Assembly (NCBI RefSeq): GCF_006345805.1
Contig: NW_021835168.1
Coordinates: 1 to 42,297 of the forward strand
Direction: 5' to 3'
DNA: 42,297 nucleotides
Origin: Octopus sinensis
Lineage: Eukaryota
How positions within the stretch are numbered: the first letter of the stretch is position 1; each line of letters starts with the position of its first letter. The notes beneath the pieces were generated by a model that made no database searches, was not told the origin of the DNA, and was given only the letters and a program-made list of their open reading frames with translations. Shown piece by piece: positions 12,282 through 23,177 of the stretch. The translations under genes were made by a program, and so were the position numbers.

Positions 12282-12568
12282 TTTCCTATAGATCTAGAAA
12301 TGCTAGGGGAAAAAACTTACCCGTTACACCAGTACGATCAGCGACATCGGACGGCCTAACGGAACTGCTAGCATTCCTACACCTATGCCGACATGCGAAT
12401 TCATATTTCCCTCCAAAATTTACCACGTGAGCTACAAAAACATTACCAACGAAACGAAAAATTCGGAGATAACTTGTAAGGGAGTTCCGTTAGGCCGTCC
12501 GATGTCGCTGATCGTACTGGTATAACGGGTAAGTTTTTTCCCCTAGCATTTCTAGATCTATAGGAAAT

Positions 12569-12626
12569 ATTATATTGACAAGGAAATGAACCTTCGGTTC
12601 TAATCCAGAAACGAGTCGTCTATAAT
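12569..12626 (+). ncRNA. Type I hammerhead ribozyme candidate, U3-A8 variant, copy B
   Basis: Stem I ATTATA/TATAAT (6 bp), core TTGACAA (12575-12581), stem II GGA/TCC plus GAACC/GGTTC, one extra A, GAAA (12608-12611), stem III ACG/CGT and a GUC site at 12620. Confidence 0.65.
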
Positions 12627-13126
12627 TAATCCAGAGGCTGGGTTTTCGTTATTTTCTGCCTTTTTTGCCATATACAGCTTACAAATTCTGTTTGTTTGTG
12701 GAGACTTTTTACTAGTAGAGGAAATAGTGACCAATTTTGGCTGCTATTTCTAATATTTTCGGTATGTGGTTTTGAGCAACTTGTTGCATTTAACCCTGAA
12801 TTATAATTATTATAACCCTTACCAAATATGGTCTTTTCCATACCGACAAATCTACTAGGTGAAAATGATTAATTTTATTAAATTAATTATATTCCACCCT
12901 TTATTGCATATTGAACACTTTTGCTCCCTTACAAGTTATCTCCGGATTTTTCGTTTCGTTGGTAATGTTTTTGTAGGTCACGTGGTAAATTTTGGAGGGA
13001 AATATGAATTCGCATGTCGGCATAGGTGTAGGAATGCTAGCAGTTCAGTTAGGCCGTCCGATGTCGCTGATCGTACTGGTGTAACGGGTAAGTTTTTTCC
13101 CCTAGCATTTCTAGATCTATAGGAAA

Positions 13127-13180
13127 TATATTGACAAGGAAATGAACCTTCGGTTCTAATCCAGAAACGAGTCGTCTATA
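13127..13180 (+). ncRNA. Type I hammerhead ribozyme candidate, U3-A8 variant, copy C
   Basis: Same motif: core 13131-13137, GUC site at 13176, 4-bp proximal stem I. Confidence 0.6.
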
Positions 13181-13534
13181 ATTAATCCATAGGCTGGGTT
13201 TTCGTTATTTTCTGCCTTTTTTGCCATATACAGCTTACAAATTCTGTTTGTTTGTGGAGACTTTTTACTAGTAGAGGAAATAGTGACCAATTTTGGCTGC
13301 TATTTCTAATATTTTCGGTATGTGGTTTTGAGCAACTTGTTGCATTTAACCCTTAATTATAATTATATATATATATATATTATATATATATATGTGTGTG
13401 TGTGTGGATATATATGTGTGTGTGTAAATATATATGAATAAATAAATATATATACATATATATGTCTTTATATCTCTCTGTTTACCTATCTATCTGTTTG
13501 TCTGTCTGTCTCTCTCACCCTCTCGCTATATATG

Positions 13535-13635
<101 letters not shown>

Positions 13636-13939
13636 ATGTGCGTGCGTGTTTGTGTGTGTGTATGAGTGTGAATGTGTGTGTGCGTGTGTATGTTATAAAC
13701 ATGAAAATTTTGAACAAGAATTTCCATAGATTGTATTATATGCCTACATAAATATATATGTAATTTCTTTCACGCAAAGAACCAAGTATTTGGTAGTTTT
13801 CTTTCATTACACCTGAAATAAATCTAAAGAAGAATCGATCTTCGTGGAACATTTTCAATAATACACACATACATATATAGACACACACACACACATGTCT
13901 ATAAGCATATATATACATATGCATGTGTGCATGTGTATA

Positions 13940-14170
13940 TCTATATATATAAGACTAAGAATGCGTGTCTGTCTGTGTGAATCCCTAAAACTTGAGAACT
14001 ACACAACCAATTTCATTCAAATTTTACACATGCCTTACTTAGGGTCCATGTAGTGTCATGGGCAAAAAAATGTTTAACTTCTTGCCTAGGCCAGGCCCAC
14101 AGTAATATCATATCTTCTCCACTATTTCAGTATTACGTATTAAAAGTGAAACAAAAGCATCTCTCAATTG
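13940..14170 (+). mobile_element. Helitron-type 5' fragment
   Basis: A|TCTATATATATAAGACTAAGAATGCGTGTCTGTCTGTG start resembles the 10974 terminus, followed by CCAATTTCATTCAAATTTT. No 3' end was found. Confidence 0.6.
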
Positions 14171-14189
14171 GAAGTATATGGATGTATAT

Positions 14190-16008
14190 ATATATACATG
14201 TATATTAGTAACAGAAAAGAGGAATTTCGGTTGTCCCCACGTGGTGGGTTGTAATGTATATAAGAAATTAAAAAAGGAAAATACGCCCACTTACATGGTT
14301 TTAATATAATTTTTAATATATCGACCGGTTTCGCTATCGCTATTCATGATATAATGTTTAATTTATATGAATATATATTTTTTCTTAAGAAGAAATTTGG
14401 TCCATGTTGTGATGAAATTCACGAGCGAATGACTTCACATGTAGACAAATAAAGGGAGGTAATTGGTTGTTATTATTGTTATTGTTGTGTGTAAGGGAGA
14501 TAACTGTTCAGGTTTTGGTAATGGGTGTGGAATAAATATATGTACAGAAAAGAGACAGGTTTTAAAAAAGACCTTGTTTAGTAGGGGATTTATGTACAGT
14601 GATGTAATATGTAGAAATATAAAAACTGGTTATGCGTGCATATAAAGACGTGTTTTGTATTTTTCAATGAAAAAAAGTTTCTTTATTTAAGCGTTCTAGT
14701 TGAGAGATTGTGTCTTTGCACTAGTAGAAAGGTAAGACTGTGAAATTTGGTTTGATGTTACCTGCAAATTTTTCTATGTGTTCACCGAGAGGAATTTGTC
14801 TGTATTGCGGGAAACGGATTTGCTCCTTATGGAGAGTGATTCTCTTTCTCAAAGTTAAGCTCGTTTGTCCAATGTACTGATGACCGCAACCCGAGCATGT
14901 TATTACATAAATTAGGTTCTCAGAGGCACAGGTGAAACTAGTTTTAATTGTGAACCTCTGTCCTTGTTTGAAAAGGAAATCCGAGCCTTCAAGCAGGTTG
15001 GGGCAGGTTCCACAGTTCGGGCGTCCACATTTTTCAACCGTTGGTTTTGTGGTTGTTTTGTAAAGCTTCGCATTTGTTAGTAGTCTCTTTAGCGATTTGT
15101 CTTGTTTTTTGCATTTGATGAGTTTGTGTGTTTTCAGGATGTCGTTCATTTTTGGATCTCTAGTTAGTAAAGGGAGAGTTTGCACAATAGTGTTGCATGC
15201 CTCACTGTTTCTGGGGTTGTGTGTTGATATAAAAAGTAATGTTTTGGTTTGGGGTGTGGTGCTATGTTTTTTTGTTCTTAGTGATTTTGTGTCTAATTGT
15301 TTGGCACGTTTAATTCCCTCGTTGATAAGAGAGAGTGGATATTGTCTTTCAATAAGTGTTGTTTTGAGGTCTTGAAGATGAAGGTCCCGAGTTGTTCTAT
15401 CAGACACTATTGTGCAGATCCTTTTTGCTAAGTTAAAAGGGATGTTTATTTTTATGTATTTCAGGTGGCACGAGTTGAAAAGAAGATATTGTTTTGAGTC
15501 AGATGGTTTATAATAAATGTCAGTTGACTTTTTTTATCATGATGTCTAAAAATTGAAGTTGTTCTTTATTATATTCCATTGTGAATTGAATGTTACTATT
15601 TATGTCATTTAGTGTTGTTTTGAAATCCAAAAGTTTGTCGATGTTCTCCTTCCAGATGATAAAGCAGTCATCCAGGTATCGCTTCCAATTTTCTCTTATT
15701 TAGAGGTAAAATGGGTAACCATATTTCTGAAGTGATACTTCATATGAGGTGAATTCAAAATAATCCATTATTAGGTTCACAAGAACAGGAGCTGCTTTCG
15801 TCACCATCGCACTTCCGCATTTCTGACGATAGTATGTGTCATCAAATAGGAAATAATTGTTCTGAAGTATAGATTTTAAGGATTCAATAATAAAAATCTG
15901 GTTTATGCGTTCCGGAGGACTTCGGGGTACTTTTCCAACCAGAATTTAATTGCTTTTATTCCATAGTCATGGGGGATGTTGGTGTAAAGATTGATAACAT
16001 CGATTGAT
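14190..16008 (-). mobile_element. Penelope-like retroelement, 5'-truncated: RT plus GIY-YIG endonuclease pseudogene and 3' pLTR
   Basis: RT motifs SIDVINLYTNIP (about 16005), QKCGSAM and WKRYLDD. ORF 15407-14721 contains CGRPNCGTC and NLIYVITCSGCGHQYIGQT (GIY-YIG). Several stops and frameshifts. An HHR lies downstream. Confidence 0.92.
14317..14353 (-). ncRNA. Minimal type I hammerhead ribozyme, A3-U8 core variant
   Basis: The reverse complement reads TATATC-ATGAATA-GC-GATA-GC-GAAA-CCGG-TC-GATATA: 6-bp stem I, 2-bp stem II, palindromic ACCGGT stem III and a GUC site at 14323. Confidence 0.75.
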
Positions 16009-16210
16009 ATACATGTATATATATAGACGTATATATACATGTATATGTATAGACGTATATACATGTATATGTATAGACGTATATACATGTATATGTATAG
16101 CTGTATATGTATAGCTGTATATGTATACATGTATATGTATACATGTATATGTATAGATGTATTTCTATAGATATACATGTATGTCTAGATGTATATATAG
16201 ATGTAGATGT
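16008..16210. repeat. TA-rich compound minisatellite with 12-24 bp units
   Basis: Repeats of ATACATGTATATGTATAGACGTAT and TGTATATGTATAGC. Confidence 0.85.
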
Positions 16211-16298
16211 AATATATACACATATACAGGCATACATATATACACCTATACACACCTACACACACACCGACCCACCACCCCACACACACGCATACATA

Positions 16299-16590
16299 GG
16301 TGCAGGTGTGGCAACAAACTTGGTTCCAAAACACATGGTCCTCAGTTCAGTCCCACTGTGTGGTAACTTGGCATGTGTCTTTTGCTATAGCCTGAGACCA
16401 ACCAAAGTGGATTTTGTAGACAGAAACTGAAAGAAATCAATTGTATGTATATGTATGAATATATGTAAGTCTATGTGTGTGTCTTTGTGTTTCTCCCTAA
16501 TCACTGCTTCACAACTGATGTTCGTTTATTTACATCCCCATAACTTACTGGTTTCACAAGAAGAAACTGATAGAATAAGTACCAGGCTTA
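16299..16590 (+). mobile_element. SINE family A, diverged; its 3' part plus flank is duplicated at 18491-18750
   Basis: GGTGCAGGTGTGGC head and CAGTTCAGTCCCAC. 16408-16680 is similar to 18491-18750. Confidence 0.75.
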
Positions 16591-16671
16591 TCAAAATATC
16601 AAAATATAAAAAAGCACTACGCAGTGTCTCATATTTTTGTTTGCCCACTAAGTTGTATCTATCAATTTATC

Positions 16672-16766
<95 letters not shown>

Positions 16767-16849
16767 ATTTCGTAGACAGGAACTGAACCAAATCAATCGT
16801 ATATATATATATATATGTATGTATATATGTAATATGTAAGTGTATGTGT

Positions 16850-18485
16850 TTTGGTATTGGCAACATGAATGATAATGGTCAGAGACTACTTGAATCTTGC
16901 ACATACCATAACCTGTGCATCACTAACACATTCTTTGCCAACAAGACATCCCACAAGGCATCTTGGAGACATCCAAGATCTCACCACTGGCATCAGCTGA
17001 ATCTCATCATTACACAATTTCTGAATTCTGTTCAACTGACTCGTAGTTACCACAGCGCGGATTGTGACACAGATCATTCACTAATAAGAAGCAGGGTGAG
17101 GAGTCCAGAGAGCAGAAAAGGCCATTATATGTGACCTTCATTGATCTGACAAAGGCCTTTGACTTGGTAAGTAGAAAAGGCCTCTTCATTCTGCTCCAAA
17201 AAATCGGATGTCCACCAAATCTGCTGAGGATCATCAAATCTTTCCATGATGATATGCAAGGCACCATACAGCACAATGGTTCAACATCAGCCGCCTTCCA
17301 AATAAAAAATGGGGTAAAGCAAGGTTGTGTCCTTGCTCCTACATCATTTGTCATCTTCTTCTCGCTGCTGATGTCCCATGCCTTTGTGACATCAGATGAT
17401 GAAGTGTTTCTGCACAGTAGAAGTGATAGGAAACTGTTCAATCTCTCGCGTCTGCGTGCCAAGACAAAAATCAGAAGCGTCCTGATCAAGGAGATGCTAT
17501 TTGCTGATGATGTCGTTCTGGTATCACACACAGAAGCCCTACAACTGTTTTGAGCAAGCATGTAGCAACTTTGGCTTAGTTATCAGCCTCAAGAAGACCA
17601 ACATCATGGGTCAGGCTACATCGGACATCCCAAACATACATATTGAAGACCACAGAGTACAGGAGGTAGAGAAGTTTACCTATCTTGGCTCTACCGTCAC
17701 CTACAACCTATCCCTTGATACTGAGCTCAATATACGCATTGGCAAGGCAGCTGCTGTGATGGTCCAACTCTCCAAATGGGTATGGGACAACAATAAGCTG
17801 ACCAAGACCACAAAAATGAAAATTTACCAGGCATGCGTACTTAGCACTCTACTGTATGGAAGTGAGACTTGGACACCATACACAGGCCATACGACTCCAT
17901 ACGTCGCCTCCGGAAAATCCTTCGTATCAAATGGCAGAATCATGTCCCCAACAAAGATGTCCTCAAGCAAGCAGGAATACCAATCATGTTTGTACTCCTC
18001 ACACAAAGACGTATGAGATGGCTTGGACATGTTAGCCGTATGGAAGTTGGCAGAAGCCCCAAGGACATACTCAACGGAGAGCTTGCTAGGGGCACTAGGT
18101 CTGTGGGAAGACCGTTCTTGCGATACAAGGATGTTTGCAAAAGGGACATGAATGCCTGCAACATCAATATTACCAAATGGAAAGCAGTTGCCAGCAACCT
18201 TGGAGATTGGCGGCGTACCCTAAAAGAGGGAACACAAAGGAGTGACGGAGAGCGAGAGGAGAAATGGAAAGACAAGAAAAGATGTCAACAAGAAACTATG
18301 ACATTACAACCAGCCAGGCAAAGTCTTCGCTATATTTGCGGCACCTGCCAGAGGAAGTGTTTGTTCAGGATAGCACTACACAGCCACAGCAGGAGATGTA
18401 TTAGGACATGAAATGTAAAAGCCAGACTAGATTATTTTATGCGCAACTCCATTGTCTCCCGAGACAAAAAGGATGCCAAAAACAA
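16850..18485 (+). mobile_element. RTE-clade LINE, 5'-truncated, internally deleted, frameshifted
   Basis: APE C-terminus (NDNGQRLL, TNTFF, SWRHPRS, DCDTDH) joins directly to RT (FIDLTKAFD, GVKQGCVLAP, LFADD, LLYGSETW, RWLGHV) and a C-terminal CGTC...HSRRC. The RTE-type 3' end is CCATTGTCTCCCGAGACAAAAAGGATGCCA plus an AC-rich tail. Confidence 0.9.
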
Positions 18486-18753
18486 TATAAATGGATTTCG
18501 TAGACAGGAACTGAAACAAATCAATCGTATACATATGTATGTATATATGTAAATGTATGTGTGTGTCTTTGTCTCTGTGTTTCGCCCTCATCACTCCTTC
18601 ACAACTGCTGTTCATTATTTACATCCACATAACTTACTGGTTTCACAAGAACAAACTAATAGAATAAGTACTAGGCTAATCAACATAAAAATGCACTGTG
18701 TCTCATATTTTTGTTTGTCCACTCAGTTGTATCTATCAATTTATCTTTGTATG

Positions 18754-18769
<16 letters not shown>

Positions 18770-18784
<15 letters not shown>

Positions 18785-20091
18785 CCCTAATGGAGACTTA
18801 ACTCCCAAATTTTAGTAATTTCTTTTATGATCCAAAACTAGGTCAAAAGTACTGAATGGATGTTTATGAAATTTGGAAATTATATTCTAAGCATAAGGGC
18901 CATAACCCCCATGACAATTCATATATTTTTGCTGTTGATGAAATTTTAACCATAGATATTAAACACAAATGAAGTAATATTTATAAAATTTCATCTTCTT
19001 ACAAAGTTAGAAAGACCCCTCCATGGGGACTTAACACCCACAATTTTGTCATTTTATCTAAGCAAAAACGAATACAGTTGTGCTCTTGGAAGCTGTAGGG
19101 TTACCCGAGCATAAACGTTGGGCATTATTTCTAATTCAATGGTACAACAGCGTAACAGTTTGCTTTGTCATACACTTACATTGTGATTTCTGCATTGTGT
19201 TGCATAAATTGTGAAGTAAATGAGAGGTATCTTTGCCTCCACTGATTCAGTTGCAAAGTGTTGAGTAAAGTTATTTGATTGCAGGCCTCCTTTCAGTCTT
19301 TTTATTATCACTCGGTCACACAGTCTCCAGATGGTAACATTGATTTCAAGGCCTTGTCAGATGAGTGACTGGTTATTCAAAGACATTCATAGATTTTAAA
19401 TTTATTCTGTCCAGTTACGTATCAATATAGTGGTCATTTGCAAACTCCAGAGGTGACACTTTAATTTCTCCTTAGCCCTCACGTCACACAGTTGTTAATG
19501 TTGATTTCAGTTGGGTCACGCCCTTCCAATTGCTATGGATTCGTAATGCATCTTACGGCTGTGCCTGTCACCTGGATGGTGAGGAATCCTACATTGGGAG
19601 TGGTAACGACTAGGGTAGGATAACTGACTTACTGTGATCATTAGTCTTTTGGTTTCCTGTAGCTTTGCTCTCTTTTACAAACCCAGTGAACATATATTTC
19701 CTATTTCAAAGAAATTCAAACAATAAATATAAGACCGAAGTTAAAATTTTCAACAATTCAACTCCTCTGGTTGACATTAAGATGCCCACCCCCAACACGG
19801 GTCTTAACTCTCACATTTTAGAGCTCCATGACCTTCATTTTTTCAGGAGCAAAATCTTTTTAACAGGTTCAATAAGACTGGAATTTTGGAATATGCGCAT
19901 AAAAATCAGTAGTATGGGATACATGTGGCACGATTACAATTTTTTTAGGGTGTGTAAAGAGGGAAATAACCCTCATCAGCAATTTTGATGAAATTCAAAA
20001 TATAGATATTCCAGTTCATTAGAGAAAATATAACAGAAAAGTCTAATTCTTCAATTGAATGTAACCGGACAACGCCGGGTATCTCTGCTAG
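18770..20091 (+). mobile_element. Helitron-type element, about 1.3 kb
   Basis: 3' CCGG-ACAACG-CCGG hairpin (20065-20078) then CTAG (20088-20091) followed by T. The 5' end merges into (TA)n-AAAA and is only inferred. Confidence 0.6.
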
Positions 20092-20167
20092 TCTATATAT
20101 ATGTATACGTACATATATTTATGTATATATATGTGCATATGTATATATATGTGCATATGTATATATA

Positions 20168-20205
<38 letters not shown>

Positions 20206-20330
20206 ACACATTGTTTTTCTATATTTCATCTATCAATTAACTGATGTACTAAATGAATCGATGTCTTTGATGAAAGATTTGGAGTCAAAAGTTGAACTGT
20301 TTGACCAAATATTTTCATAACACTTACCGT

Positions 20331-20592
20331 GAGGATGGTGTTGGTGGTGGTGGTTGTGGTGGTGGTTGCGGTGGTGGTGCTGATAAGATGGTAGTAGTAG
20401 TAGTAGTGAGTGCAGTGGGGGTTATGCTGGTTAAGATTTTGAAGGAAGATGTGACTGCGATCTGGTGCTGCATGCGATAGAGGTTGTGGTGGTAGTGGTG
20501 GTGGTAATGGTGTTAGTGGTAGTGTTGTCGGTGGTGGTGATGGTGGTGATGATAGTAATGCTGATGGTGGTGGTAGTGGTGGTGGTGGTGGT
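20331..20592. repeat. Compound (GGT)/(AGT)/(GAT) trinucleotide low-complexity tract
   Basis: Direct reading. It explains the poly-T, poly-H and poly-V ORFs. Confidence 0.95.
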
Positions 20593-21102
20593 GAAGATAG
20601 AAGGAAACATTTGGAACGCCATTAAGAGTTAAATAGCAGCTAATGGCTTCAGTTAAAAGGCTTGATGACACACACACACACACACACACACACACCACAC
20701 ACACACACTCAGTGAAACGACGACCTCGTTCGAAGCAGGAGATAACAATTCAATCAGATTATAAAGTGTTATTATTTTTTGGGGGAGATTTTCGTTGGTC
20801 GAATAGTTTGGCTGGTTGGTTGGTTTGTTGGTAGGAGGATAAGCTTGTTGTTGTTTTTGTTGCTACTGTTCTTACTGTCCTTTTCATTTGTTAATTTTTT
20901 ATCAGCATATAAATACAAACATACATACATGTATGTACGTGCTTATTTATATGTATGTATGATTGTATGTATGTATACATATATATATATATATATACAC
21001 ACACACATATATATATATATATATTTACATATATGTATGAGTCGCTCTATCTTTATCTCTCCATCTTGTTCCTTTCTAATTGGCCGTAGAAATGGCACAG
21101 GT

Positions 21103-21264
21103 TGTTGAAGTTCGTTGCCCTTACGTGGATGTGAACATACCTGGTTGACTTGCGTTGGCTTCGCAGTGTTCAGGTGTGCGCACCTGGTTGATTAAATAAA
21201 ATTGCATTCTGGAAGCCAACCTCTGTCGCATGATTTTTATTCTACACCATATCTGAATGCAACA
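21103..21264 (+). mobile_element. Possible short solo LTR
   Basis: TGTTG...CAACA termini and an internal AATAAA at about 21194. No matching TSD (CAGGT vs CGTGG). Confidence 0.3.
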
Positions 21265-21423
21265 CGTGGAAAGGACTGAAAGGCAGTATTCCCTCTTTTC
21301 TGTTGAATTGTAGGTTGATACTGATCTCAGCCTTAATCCTTAATCATTAGAGGAGCTTCATCAAGTCTACGTTGAGTCCTTGTCGATCAAGGATGAGCAT
21401 GTATCGGCATATTTTCTTTAATT

Positions 21424-21784
21424 CTTTCTTATACTTGTTTCAGTCATTAGACTGTGGCCTTGCTGGAGCACCTTTTAGTCGAACGAATCGATCCCCGTGT
21501 TTAATTTTCTTTAAACCTGGTACTTATTCTATCGGCCTCTTTTGCTGAACCGTTACGGGGACGTCAATCCACCAACACCGGTGGGGGACAAACACAGAGA
21601 CAGACAGACAGAAAGATACACACACACACACACACATGACGGGCTTCTACCAAATCCACTTACAGTGACTTGGTGGGCCGAGGCTATAGTAGAAGGCACT
21701 TTGCCAAGGTGTCACGCAGTGGAACTGAACCCAGAACTATGTAGTTGGGTAGCAAGCTTCTTACCACACAGCCACGCCTGTGCC
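21424..21784 (-). mobile_element. SINE family A
   Basis: Reverse complement of both the head (CCACACAGCCACGCC) and the tail (ACTTGTTTCAGTCATT). Confidence 0.8.
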
Positions 21785-21989
21785 CATAGCCGCGCCACAC
21801 ATGCTTGAACAAATCCTACCTTTCCTCACCACTGATATTTATCCAGGAGAAAAACCGCCATATTTGACTCTGTACAGCTTGAGAGCAGAGTCGTCCCAGA
21901 ATTGCCATAATAGAGCAAAGAACCAGGACTGACACCGTCTGGCATCTCAACCGACGGTTTAATAGTTCTGAGGATCTACAGCCTTAGTT

Positions 21990-22820
21990 TTCACATCGAC
22001 ATTAGGGTTAAACTGGTAATTATTTCATCGACCCCAAAGGCAAAGTCGACCGCAGCGCAATGTGAACTCAGAATGTAAAACGGACGAAATACCTCGAAGT
22101 ATTTTGTCCGGTGCGTTAACGAAGAAAGGCAAAGACAACATTGGAGGGATTTGAACTCAGGATGTAGCGAGTTGGAATAAATACCGTGAGGTATTCTATC
22201 CAATGTGAATAACTCTGGTGATTCGACACTTCTTCCTTTATTAGCATCCAACCTTAATTCCTCTTAAATCAGTCCCAAATTAAAGCCCACCGTCTAAAAA
22301 CGAATACACTGGACACTGTAATACAAGATACTCAGAGATTGAAAAATAGAAGGAAAAAAAGACGTAATTAGCTTTAATGGAAGATATTTGCCCGACAAGA
22401 AATGTGCTGTGCTTAAACAGGCACAAGGCCTGCAATTTTATGAAGACGGGCCTAGTATATTACATTGGCCCTAGTGCTCAACTGGTACTTCATCCCGAAA
22501 GGTTAAAAGGGAAAAATCAACTTCGGCAGAATTTGAACTCACAACGTAAAGAGTTGGAAGAAATGCCAGTAAGCAATTTGTCCGGAGTGCTATCGATCCA
22601 GCCGCTTACGGCTTTAATAACAATGGTTTTATATTTTGGCACAAGGCCGGAAATTTTAGTAGAGAAAGTTGAATACATCGACCTCAGTATTTGACTGGTA
22701 CTTTTTTTATTGACTCCGAAATGATGAAAGGCAAAGCTAACCACGGCGGAATTTGAACTTGGAATGTAAAGAACCGAAAGAAATACCACTAAGCATTTTG
22801 TCAGACGCTGTCCTCGCTGC
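21990..22820 (-). mobile_element. Cluster of 3-4 same-orientation family D SINE fragments
   Basis: Repeated GGCAAAGTCGAC, GAATTTGAACTCAG and GGCACAAGGCC blocks. Confidence 0.7.
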
Positions 22821-22821
22821 C

Positions 22822-22853
<32 letters not shown>

Positions 22854-22872
22854 AATAATAATAATAATAATG
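22822..22872. repeat. (CAA)n(TAA)n microsatellite, probably the tail of the adjacent SINE
   Basis: Direct reading. Confidence 0.9.
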
Positions 22873-22884
22873 AAATAAAATAGA

Positions 22885-23110
22885 TGCGCCCTTTTAAAGC
22901 CTAGCCAGGCTCATGGGCTCGGTTTCCCGGTTTCAATGGCGTATTTATTCCCTAGCCGGACGGGAAGCCAGTCTATCGCAGCGTTACTCATTTTTGCCAG
23001 CTGAGTGGACTGGAGCAACGTGAAATGAAGTGTTTTGCTCAAGAACACAACTCGTGGCCCGGTCCAGGAATCGAAACCACAATCTTACGATCATGATGCT
23101 GCACGCGCCT
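22885..23110 (-). mobile_element. tRNA-derived SINE, family B, CORE/Meta-like central domain
   Basis: The minus strand has GGTTTCGATTCCT (B-box) and TTCTTGAGCAAAACACTT...GCTCCAGTCCACTCAGCTG. It closely matches 35454-35698. Confidence 0.8.
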
Positions 23111-23140
23111 CCACAAATAATAATAATAATAATAATAATA

Positions 23141-23175
<35 letters not shown>

Positions 23176-23177
<2 letters not shown>

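Larger units (their letters stand above)
11946..13366. mobile_element. PLE pLTR-like or retrozyme-like array: one inverted copy plus about 1.6 tandem copies of a 556-559 bp unit
   Basis: 11946-12484 (minus) is near-identical to the plus array 12483-13366, which has a period of 559/556. (TA)n flanks both sides and each copy carries an HHR motif. Confidence 0.85.

Noticed and set aside
13822-13850. CTAAAGA-AGA-ATCGA-TCT hairpin resembling an HHR 5' half
   Set aside because: G5 is lost and no GAAA or helix III follows.
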